DNA of 64,000 nucleotides from Lytechinus pictus (taxonomy: Eukaryota): contig NC_087245.1 of NCBI RefSeq assembly GCF_037042905.1, forward strand, positions 37,450,001 through 37,514,000, given 5' to 3'. Position 1 is the first letter of the stretch. The number at the start of each line of letters is the position of its first letter. This document shows positions 12,960-23,945 of the stretch, piece after piece. The translations under genes and the position numbers were made by a program. The notes under the pieces are model-generated. The model made no database searches. It worked only from the letters and a program-made list of their open reading frames with translations, and was not told the DNA's origin.

Positions 12960-13670
12960 TTCTCAATCTGATCACTATTCCTCATACGGTGTCGGCTTGT
13001 TGGTAGCAGAATATAACAAGTTTTTTCAAGTTGTGGAAGCAGTGTTTACAAACGCTTCAAGACATCCAGAGCTCTTTCTACAAAACTCCTTTTTTATGAA
13101 GTGGTCACTTGTATTTGTTCAGAGTAGCACAAAAGAAAGCATTCCAAAGCTGTCATGCTGGTGTTATCACTGGATTTCAATATTCCCTTTGCTCAGTTAA
13201 GAAGAGTGTCAAATGATGAACAAATACTTCTACGGTTGAAAAGTACCCACGTTCAAAGTCCAACATCATTTTTCAAAGATGAAATATTGATTGGTCCTTT
13301 TACTCAATTTAGTGTAACGGAGCACCGCAAGATGTTTGCTGATCGTAATTTTAGATGAAGTGATATCAACTCTGGTAATCCAACTGCGTTTAATTTTGAC
13401 AGCTTTATTAATAATACATTGTCGTTGTATCTGATATTTTTTTAATGCAACTTATGCAATCAAATAGAATAAATGCCACACTGTCTCAAGACTGACAATC
13501 CTTAAATTCATCCTGAAGAATATTGTTTCTGAAGTCCAAGAAACAAAAGGGTTTGTTACAACAAACCTCTAGAGAACTATCCCTGTGAAAGTACATGTGT
13601 AGAACAATAACATCACACAGATACCAGAACAAGTTTTGACAATAACACAGAAGAGAGAGATATGTGTTTA
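12960..13670 (-). pseudogene. decayed intronless PHD-bromodomain-Cys module, ZMYND8/ZMYND11-like
   Basis: Across frameshifts: LCYCQN..YFHRD..FDCISCIKK (PHD-like), RYTKL/VKGPINISSLK/MMLDFERGYFSTVEVFVHH/DTLLN*AK (bromodomain-like), then ERALDVLK/VCKHCFHNL..FCY, compared with ZMYND11 ELDELQLCKNCFYL...WFCY. Confidence 0.45.
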
Positions 13671-13908
13671 TTCTAGTTAGTATTGCTCTTCAGTGAGTGA
13701 AATCCAAAGCCGGAGGTCAGCTCCGAGTTCAAATCCAAGCCCCCGATGGCTGCCAATTTGGTGTGTTTTTGTCAAAGGCGAAGGGAACATCCTATTTATG
13801 GAAAGCATGTTGAATTGTGACATTAGAATGGGAATCACCAGCATTCTGGAAGGCAATGCTTGTTCTATGTATAGATCTACAGTACAAGTTTGTTTGTTGT
13901 TGATTGAG

Positions 13909-14333
13909 CCCGGGAGGCCAGTCAAATGTATTGCTTCACACACGCGTGGCCAAATTATTTCAAAACACCCCCTAAACGAGTTTTTCTTTGTGTGCAAAAT
14001 AACCCCTAAACAAGTTTTTCTCGGGCTTTATTTACACATTTTGGCCCCTAAACAAGTTGTCGCCAGAATATGACCCGCGGAAAAAGCTTGGGAAAAAAAC
14101 ATGTTTGGCTAGTCTAAAAAAAAAAACTGGAAAAAAACATATCCTAAATACATTTGACCCTACAATTGACCAGTCTTTCCAAACTACCCCTTTTTTTTTA
14201 AATCAGTGTTTTTGATACCTGTAACGAGTGCACGAGCGGCTCGCGTCCAAAACTGAAAAAACACCCCTTTAAACGCGTTTTTGGGGTCATGCGTGTGTAC
14301 AGCAATATATTTGACTGCCCCCCCCCCCCTGGG
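13909..14333. mobile_element. MITE with CCCGGG termini and 8-bp TSD
   Basis: Inverted ends CCCGGG..CAGTCAAAT.TATTGC and TSD TGATTGAG. A second copy lies in the opposite orientation at 39370. Confidence 0.85.
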
Positions 14334-15624
14334 TGATTGAGGTTGTTTTAAAATCGACAAGGGGGTGACTATTTGCTGATTGCTGAGTATCAAAAATGTT
14401 TAGATATCAGTTATTCTAATTTAAAGCCTTGGCTCAATTTAAAAAAAAAGATACAAAGATTTTGCAGGGAATCCTACTCCTATGTCAAGCCTACAAGTAA
14501 GACTTGTCTTTCTGTCAATCTGAATTAGTGTCCAAAGATAATATTTTTAAACTCGGCCAATTGGAAAAGTGATTTGAATATAAAGTACTAGTTTACTAAC
14601 CAATGTCATATAGTGCCTTAAATTTAATTAGATTGGAAAGCTAGTAAAAAATAAAAAAGTTTGTACAAATTAATATCCTAAAGAATATTTCCAGAGTTTA
14701 GGGCAGTAACAACATACCGTGGAGGCAATAATGAGATGTGGAGATTGATTCAATGCTAGATCCTTTCCACCAGATACAGTAATCCATGGAAATATTAAAA
14801 TTGATTTTCACAATCAATTTCAGTTTTCTGCAATCTGCATCATCAGTTCCTCATTCTATGCAGGTTCATCTCACTAGCAATTCTTGCATCAACTGCAAAA
14901 GCCTTCCTTGCAGACGTCACCGGCTGTTTTACATTCTAATAGAGGGACCAATGTGCAATATGCAAATAACCATCGATGCTTTGGATGTATGACGGATGAT
15001 GCCATTTCTGGCCCTTGTTATCACTTTTGCAGAAGATCAGAGACAAATTATATTCACACAGCATTCCTGGTTTTCTGGAATATCATGGCTCATTGACTCA
15101 AAACATATCACTTAGAATGGAACTCACAATACTGTTTGGGAAACATTCTTGATCAATCAGGATAAACACTGTCGAATAGATCCTTTCCAGCTCAGCTAAA
15201 TTTGGAAACATTCACTGCAAACAGACAGCTTTTGGCTTCAAGATGATCCTGTCTGCTAAATAATCCAACCTGTCGTACAGAGATTGGCTCACATCAAATT
15301 AAACTTGCATTTCTCATGTCGTATGCGTCCGAAACCGATCCAAATACTCCACTTTTTGTTCCCGACTGCTTCAATGTCATTATCCTCCAGAGAGTCAATT
15401 TATCTTTGACAATGGAACAAATTTGCGTTGCTCAGGGTCGTCTTTTGCTATTCAGGAAACAAGAGTCAAAGATCGGTGCAGGAAATGGTACTTCACCTTT
15501 AGTTGATGATGTAGGCCTATTCTTCTGTGAATCCTTTCCCACTTTATTGATATGATGACTAGTGTTTTGATACAAAATAAATGTACTGTAAACTCAAAGT
15601 CGCACACCGACTTGATGAATTCAT

Positions 15625-16040
15625 GCTTTAAATGTTTGAAATCTGTCTTCCAGCAATTTTGTTAGTTTAATAAAACTGCTCTCTTGCCTACTTCATTCTT
15701 TTTTTTCAATTTTAACTCTCATGATATACATCAATTTTTTATGTGGCTTTGTAATAAAGTTGATTTCTCCCTCATTCCGGTTTTACAAGCTCTTTCTGTA
15801 TCAAGGAATAATCTAGCATAAACCTGCCGCAGACGTCACCCATAATTCACACATTTGAGATCCTGCATTAAATGTTTGAAATCTAATTCTGTTAGTTTGA
15901 TAAAACTGCTCTCTTGCCTACTTCACTCTTTTTTTTTTCAATTTTAACTCTCATGATATACAACAATTCTGAATTTTTGATGTGCGCTATTAAAATCAGT
16001 CTCTCCCCAGTCCAGTATCACTAACTCTATATCAAGGAAT
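15625..16040. repeat. diverged tandem duplication of ~240 bp
   Basis: TAAATGTTTGAAATCT...TAAAACTGCTCTCTTGCCTACTTCA...TATCAAGGAATAAT occurs twice. Confidence 0.8.
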
Positions 16041-16840
16041 AATGATAATAATAATAATAATTGTACATTTATATTGCGCAATTTCTATTTATATATATAC
16101 TCAACTGCTCATTACAATAATAAAGAATAAAAGGTAAAATAGTTGAGATAAATACACGAAAGTACGATTAAGTTCTAATAACTGGAAAAGGGAAGCCTAC
16201 TAACTATCTCTACAAATCTACTATAAATTTGACACAGAGGCCACCCACAATCCACCTATAGTATTTGAGATCCTGCAACTTTAAGACCAAGGGTATCTCA
16301 TTCTCACTCTTGTAGAGAAGCACAATAACGTTTACTGATATTCTCTAAAAATGTATTTTTTAAAGATTATTTTACTTGAGAGGCACTTTGCTTGAGTGAA
16401 GCTATTGAACAGTGATAATGATGAGGTGAATTTAGCAATCAAGAATCTGAATAACTCCACATTGATACGAGTGCTGACCCCTACCAGAATATGCCACCAG
16501 TCCGCCCACACCATTCAAAAAGTAAAATCATCAAAACGAAACCACATATATTGCTGCCAAGGACAATGATTAATAATGAAATTGTATAATTTCCTTGTGG
16601 TAAATTTGATATTGTAGTCTCTCAAAATTCAAAAGGGATGAACTCTGCAGAAGTTTATCTATAATAATAATTACAATAGAAATATTTCTTATTCACACAG
16701 GGCACTTGGCCACTTCAGCTCTTATGGACTGTTCTCCCAGGGGGCCCTGCATAACATGATTTTCTTCTTACCCTTTGCCATTCTAATACGTCCTGCACTT
16801 GACAAAAAGGCATGAGGTCCCATTTTTAAATCTCTCTATT

Positions 16841-17167
16841 GGCGGTGCTGCACCAGCCTGAGTTTGCTCAATCTCGAGATTTTAGCCCGATCGGCCCTCT
16901 TCGCGATTAATCTCGAGATTCAAGAAACCTGTCTCCACCATCGCAAGAAGAGCGATTCCTGCTCGAGCGAGGCATCGATGCATTATGGTCTGACGCCGTG
17001 AATAGATAATCCCGAGTGCGTCTGTACCTACGAATTAGCGGGATAATTTTTAAAATATAGCTATTTTGCAAATAATCCCAAGTTGACTCGAGATTGTTCA
17101 GTTCAGGATAATTTGCCGTATCAGAAATGCGCGTTAATTTGAAAACTCAGGCTGGTGCAGATGACCC
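16841..17167. mobile_element. MITE (CTGCACCAGCCTGAGTTT arms) nested in a SINE remnant
   Basis: Inverted CTGCACCAGCCTGAGTTT / AAACTCAGGCTGGTGCAG. The flanks rejoin as SINE-like sequence (~16660-17210). Confidence 0.7.
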
Positions 17168-18422
17168 TTATGACTCGACTAGTGATTGAACCCATGTCCT
17201 CCCACTAGTAGTCAGTAGGCCTATGGAAGAATTTTTACCTGAAACTCATCAAAATATTGAAGAGAAGTCCTGCACTACAAAGAATTTACCAAACCACCAT
17301 GATGATTTTGATGAGGCAATACTTCAGAATGTAAAATCTATTCCATGTGCACAAACATACAGGTCATGCTCCGACTTCACCAAGTATCAAAATCTGCTGT
17401 ACACTTTTTATTCCATTGAAGTGCAGCATGGTGTAATGTCTTTCCACGAATCTCGGCTCAGTGATTAAATCTTTTCATCCCATTAATTGCAGCACAGCAC
17501 AGATACAAAAGACATATATATATATATTCCACAAGATGCAGCCTCATAAACCTTCAATCTCCTTGCCCCCTCCTTAATAATGGTCATAATCCTATATTTC
17601 CAAGGAAGTTGCAGAACATCTAGATCTTCCAATGGACCAGACCTAAACCAAACAGGACCAAGTCTGGTCTGTATTGGTGTATATCCCTCTACATGCTTTT
17701 AGAGCTGTTTATATGTTGAAGTGAGCATGTTTACCAGACCCTGCTTGATCCCATTCATAAAGTTTGGACTGTTCCAAGGGCTTATCCATTGGAACTACTG
17801 TGGACCTCCCTCTTTTATCCATAATGTTGATTGTTTGGATCTTCCAAGCTTTCCAATCCTTTGCTTTAGTCACTATTGTAGTATTGGGGTTGATGCTCTA
17901 TGTTCTTTAGAGTGGAGTAACTTGAAAACCTTCGGGTGAAAGGATTTTTTGGTTGTTGCCATTTAACTTTTTTTATTTTTTGTATCTTTCTATGGTGGGG
18001 GTTTATTTTATTGATGATTATGCAGTAGGCTATATGCCTGGTTTGGTATAATTTTTTCCCCTTTATGTGTATTGACATTGTAATTTATATACAATCAGAA
18101 TGTCTGTCTGTCTCTTCTTCTCTTTCTCTCTTTATCTTTCCCTCTCTCCCTGCTATCTCAGTCTTCTTATTTTATAAGCAAGTAAGTAGGCCTGTCATTG
18201 CCGAATTTAATTGGACAAACTGTCTTTCCTGAGGCGATTTAGATGTAGCTATCTTTCTAAAGCGAAACTAATGAAAGATAGCACATTCATATCTTATATC
18301 ATATATCGCAGAGGAAATGATAGTTTATCTCATCCACTTAAACCAAAAGATGATTATTTGCTTTATATTCCACATCAGAAATGATCTTAACTCATTAGAT
18401 CAGTGAAAAGCAGAACATGACC

Positions 18423-18580
18423 TAGTCTGCTGTGCAAACCCTTCACGGGAGTAAAGGGCCTACTCTTGCCTTTTGTACTGAAGGCCCTGAATTGAAACAG
18501 CGAGTTTTGTATGTGCTAGTCCTTGTGTGGAGACACACTTGTTGATCAAAGTTTCAATCAGGGTCTGTGCCTGCAGACTA
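18423..18580. mobile_element. short TIR element with 9-bp TSD (AcademH-like)
   Basis: Termini TAGTCTGC...GCAGACTA. Perfect TSD AACATGACC at 18414-18422 and 18581-18589. Confidence 0.75.
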
Positions 18581-18709
18581 AACATGACCCTTGGCAATTC
18601 TGCAATTTATCATGCAATTCACAATTCACTTTTCACCAATTGAACAGCTACATTTAAAGTGTGTCAGATATGTGATAATTAATATCTCCTTTCCACTCTT
18701 CTGTATCAG

Positions 18710-18823
18710 GAATCTTCTTGAGCATCCTTCACCCTCATTCTATTCAAGCACTCACGGTCTTCCCAGGAGTCAACTTTCAACATCCTATTCTAAGGACAGA
18801 CTACTTTGATGAGTATTCACTTG
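18710..18823 (+). CDS. SGCE: alpha/epsilon-sarcoglycan, internal exon A (end of signal peptide, start of cadherin-like domain)
   Basis: Acceptor ctcttctgtatcag| and donor G|gtaagt; 114 nt, phase 1 to 1. Encodes (G)IFLSILHPHSIQALTVFPGVNFQHPILRTDYFDEYSL, resembling vertebrate 'YPSAGVLFVHVLEREYF'. Joins the next exon in frame. The symbol denotes the invertebrate SGCA/SGCE co-orthologue. Confidence 0.85.
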
Positions 18824-20360
18824 GTAAGTAGTACTTGCTGATAACAGAGAAATCAGAAATATAAGCTTGTTTTAAGAGAATTCCCTGTTGGAATAATAAA
18901 AAACTCACATTTACTTTCATCTTAATTTTTCTTGATGTAAGAATACATAGTTATTTTCCCTATTGTAACATTTAATGGATATTTCCTATATTAAACCCTT
19001 ATCAGATTTTGAAAACATTACAGTTTGCATTCAGATGCTTCATATTGATAAGAATTTCAATCTAGAAAGCTGGGATTTTAATTTATTTTTGCTTTATTGG
19101 AATCGAGATGGTTTAGAATCTGAGTTAGAGCACAAGAGAGAGTGCCCAGTTGCACGTAAAGTCGTGAATACCTAACCAATGATTTACATGTATTTTGTAA
19201 ATGTTTTACCTTGATAGTGCACTTGTCAGTTTTCAGAGTATTAACATAAACATGTAGAGCATAATTTGTTAAAAACAAAAATAATTGATATGAGATATGA
19301 GAATGATTTTACAACAATATTTTACAAACAAAAAGATATTTATGCTCTAACTTTAGAGTTAATTATATTCATTTTTCATTGTTTTTAATACAGATTAAGT
19401 TGTTTTTTATTTAGGAAACAAAAGCCAATACCTATATTTGTTGGTGAAGTAATAAAATGCTTTTGTCCATCAGAGGCTTTTGAGCTTTAGCTATACATTC
19501 AGCAAAAATAAGTTTTATGCATATCAAATTACCGTATCCCTTTTTTTCTTGGGTGTAATTTCAAAATGTAGACAACCACAAAAGGGAGTGACTTCCACAT
19601 GCATGTGTCATCAGTTTCATTGCTTCATAACATACATTAATGTATTTTATAATTAGCTCCAACCGTAAACCAATAAATGTTTCCTAAATCATGTCCAGTA
19701 TTTGTGTAAGTTGTATCCCCAAATTGGAGGGTTTTAAAGTATCATTACTTAAATGACTTTGTAGCCCTGGGAATCGAGTGTTTGTGGTGGGAAGCGCTGT
19801 GGCGAGTCAGGAAAGTAGGATATTGGCAAACATTAGTTTACTCTTATTACTCAGATATCTCGTAATTACTGGTTATTTCTATTTATAAGTTAACACTCAT
19901 TTGGCACCTTGGTTTTGTTTCAATGTTGAACACCTGATTAGTTTTAATCCAAGGTTTGTATTTAGCTTGCATGTAGAAAGACAAAGATTGAAATGGATAA
20001 TGGAAGATATCAAGTCCGGTGTTGGTGTTGGTGTTGGAAGCACAATTTGGATTGTGTGTCCTGTACATGTAGTTCCAAAATCTATTCTGAGTTAACAAAA
20101 TTTATACAGATCACAATATTACCAACTTAACACCTACCTGTAGTGAGTGACTTTTAAGGACCAATTCCATTTTATGTTTGGTGCTATGCTGATTTAAAAT
20201 TTGACCTGACACCAACACCAAAAGGTCAACACTGAATTTTAAATTTCCAATGAAGAATGGGTCTCATTATACAAATTGTCTTTAACTTTTACATTTGCTT
20301 AAACATGAACTAAGTCATTCCTTTCATTCAAACTGATCTCAATGTGGACTTCATCTTTAA

Positions 20361-20930
20361 AGGTCAAGTCCACCCCAGAAAAATATTGATTCGAATCATT
20401 AGAGAAAAATCAAACAAGCATGATGCTGAAAATTTTATCAAAATCGGATGTAAAATAAGAAAGTTATGAAATTTTAAAGTTTGGCTTATTTTTCTCAGAA
20501 CAGTATATGCACAACTCAGTGACATGCAAATGAGAGTGTCAATGATGTCGAACACTCACTATTTCTTTTGTTTTTTATTGATTGAATTATACAATATTTT
20601 AATTTTTACCAATTTGACATAAAGGACCAACTCAATGAGCCAAAAAATATTATAACAACGGTAATACCACATGTTCAGGGAGGACGATGAGGAGAAAATT
20701 AGAATATTTCATATAGTAAAATACAAAAGAAAATAATAGTGAATGAGTGATGTCATCAGTCCCCTCATTTTTATATCAACCAGGATGTGCATAAAACTGT
20801 TTTGTGAAATTAAGCGAAACTTTAAAATGTCATAACTTTCTTATTTTACATATGGTTTTGATGAAATTTTCAGTGTTTTGGATTTTCTCATTTTATTCAA
20901 ATAAACTTTTTGTTGAGGTGGACTTGTCCT
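20361..20930. mobile_element. Kolobok-like MITE (AGGTCAAGTCCACCCCA family)
   Basis: TTAA-AGGTCAAGTCCACCCC ... GAGGTGGACTTGTCCT-TAA with long inverted arms. Confidence 0.8.
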
Positions 20931-22221
20931 TAAACTTGAACTAAGTCACTGACCCATTCCTTTCATTCAAACTCATCTCAATGTGGACTTCACTTTTAAA
21001 GGGGGGGGGGGGTTCACTCTGATGATTTACAAGTTGGTTTTAATAAATGGAGAAAATTATAGAAAGGCTTTTATAGGGAAATCCATCAAAAAATAAGAGA
21101 TTTTAAGTGTTTATTTCATGATGTCATACATCAATTCCTACATTCCAGTTTTCAGATAAAATGGCATGATATAGAATACTACATGTACCATGTGATATGA
21201 GGGAGCTAATCACATGTGACATCATAAAATCTTATCTTAAAAAGAAGTATCCATAACCTGATTATTTTTTGCCAAAATTTATTAATATGTTTATTTTGTT
21301 ATGCTTTTTATTGATAACAAACTTCACATCAGTAAACTCTTCCTTTAATGCCAGTGATATTTGAGAGGTGCCACATGAATTGTAAAACACTTCCTTTTTC
21401 CAAATGGTCAGTTTCCTAAATCGTTTATTAAGTGCGTTGACAGTCAGTTTTATAGGCCAACGGAAGGATTGATGACTTAACAGAGACAGGGAATCTAGTA
21501 AGAAAAATTATCATATAAAAACTGAAATCACAGAGCTCAATTACCTCCCATGGTTTGTTGTCCACTAGAACTTCAAAATATTTCTTTCAGTTTTATCAGT
21601 TTGGCAAGAAGAAGAAAATTATCATTCAGATGACTCACTTAATATTAAGAAAATGAATTAAGATGATTACAGAGGGAATTGATACTGAATTTTCTTCCCC
21701 CAGAACAAAATGAAGTATCTGGGTATTTTTATCAACATGCATATAGAACCTCTTTTACAGCTCATTGAATGGACTAAAAACTTCAGGATACAAACTTTGT
21801 AACTGTTTGATATCCAGCCACTTAAAATTTGTAAGACAAGTGCTCAAAGGATCCTGTTTTATAGAAAAGTAAAGACATGACTGAGAGAGGGCAGTAAATA
21901 CCTACAATTAAATTTTAAATTTCACAAAGAATACCTGAAACTGCACTTTTGTAAGATTGGAATGTTAAGTGATTTATTATCAATTATATATGTAATTCAT
22001 ATTGATTGACCCTTGAAACTTTACATGGGTATTATATTTTCAATATTTTTGTTTTGTTTCCTCTGTAAGGTGTAATGCGCTATACAAAAACTGTTCTATT
22101 ATTATATCATTATTTTTATTAGTGTTGTCTTAAATTATTCTTATATAATAATCTAGGTTACCACACCTAAAATACCAGGTTGGAAAAAATTGACTGTTAT
22201 TGTTTCTTTATGTTGTCTTAG

Positions 22222-22370
22222 ATTCTGATGATACAATAATCTTTCGACCATCCCTGGTTACCAAGCCTAGTCTACCGAGTTGGATAAAGTTCATCCAACC
22301 TGCTGAGAGCTCGGATGGATACCTGTATGGAACACCCCAAGGCTCTAACATTGGACAATTCAATCTTGAG
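22222..22370 (+). CDS. SGCE: alpha/epsilon-sarcoglycan, exon B (cadherin-like domain)
   Basis: ttgtcttag| ... GAG|gtttga; 149 nt, phase 1 to 0. Encodes DSDDTIIFRPSLVTKPSLPSWIKFIQPAESSDGYLYGTPQGSNIGQFNLE, matching the family motif P.WL.Y.Q.....DG.LYGSP. Confidence 0.95.
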
Positions 22371-23465
22371 GTTTGATTTTTATTTCTTTACCAGTCAAAA
22401 AGTCACCAAAATATGGCAAATGTGTTTATATTGTGATATATTTCTTTGGTTTTGCTGGCTTTCTGGTCTCTTGCTTTAAAGGGGAAGTTCACTTTGACGA
22501 TAAGTTGGAAAATTAGACCTTTAATTCATTTTTTTTTCATGTTTATTAGTGTAAAGATATCAAACACCATTCATCTTTAATTGGAGTTATTTTTTCAATC
22601 ATTCGTCTCCTTAATGTTTTTCTTATTCTGTTTTTCATAGTTGGAATTGTTACTGATTTATAAAAATCCTTTAAATATCTTAAGGTGGATCTCTATTAGG
22701 AGACAGAAATCAATAACTGACATGATAGTGATATTCTTGGCAATCTTCCTTTCAATCTTTCTTCATCTCTGAATTTCTATGTGTCTTCTTAAATCACATT
22801 GATGATTTCCCTTTTTTGAAAGGTCAAATACCATTTTACCCTGGAAATGTGGGAGGAAATTTTTTTTTCAGATCTCTTGGAAAATTGGAGAAAAACATGT
22901 TCCAGAAATGTGACATTTGAGTTTCCTATATCATTTTACATTCCCGCACAGAAAAAAATTTAATATTGAGTATTAAAAAGATCCTTCTGCTATGGATAGG
23001 TAGAGAATCATCAATTACCAGGATATTCACTTTATTCATATACCCCCTCTCTCTCTTTCTCTCTCCTTCCCTCCATCATCCCCTCCTCCCCCACCCCCCC
23101 CCCCTCTATCTCTTCCCCTTTCTATATATCTCTTTCTCTCTCTCTCTTTCCTCCTTGCTCCCCTCCTCCACCCCACCCCTCTTTCCTTTATAAATCTATT
23201 AGCAGTTCCATGTAGTGCAAATATACAATAATCATTGATCAATAACAACCCAATTGCTTAAGAGTTTGGGTTGCTAACTATAAAAATGAATAGAAAATGA
23301 TTATTGTTGCCAATTTACAGAGTGAAAGCAGATTAATTTTGAATTTATTAAAGCTGTTTACCTGTATGGGTTAAAGCAGTACTCAGTGTGGTATGCTGAT
23401 TGTCATGGTTTAGTTAAACCAGGGTTAACTTAGACCACACATTTATGGAGTGTCAGTTGTCAACT

Positions 23466-23945
23466 AGGACACTGTTCTCACTACCTTCCTAAAACTAGTT
23501 TACTGGGAACTAGTTTCAAAGTGGAAACTAGTTTATCGTGTAATGAGAAAGGTCGAAGCAATCTTGGAAGCGATCTTCCAAACCGGGTCATAAAACCACA
23601 TTGCGATGTAGTCTTGAAGATCGCTTTTCCTCGTTAAACTGGTTTAGCGTAAGTGAGGACACAACCGTTCTTCGGGAAGCAATCTTCGCACATTTCAAGC
23701 TTGCTAATCCACACACTGTATGTGGAATGCCTACGCTGTGGTTTCAAATTTTGCGCAAAACATGTCACCCCACTGAGAGTGTTCCCATAGTAACAAGACC
23801 GCTTTACGTGTAGTGGTTTTGAAAACCACTTTCAGGTGATCAAATGGGAACGCTAGCAAAGCGATCTTCAAAACTGGTTTCCTGAACCGGTTTCCAGTAT
23901 TAGTTTTAGAAAGTATAATGAGAAAGTATAATATAACGGTGTCTT
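23466..23945. mobile_element. MITE-like element nested in an older palindromic element (~23410-24170)
   Basis: Inverted arms TTCTCACTACCTTCCTAAAACTAG / TAGTTTTAGAAAGTATAATGAGAA. Boundaries are approximate. Confidence 0.55.

Noticed and set aside
16300..18080. Possible CR1-like LINE remnants, with similar faint traces at ~46900-47260 and ~51250-52170
   Set aside because: Too degraded to recover diagnostic RT motifs by eye.
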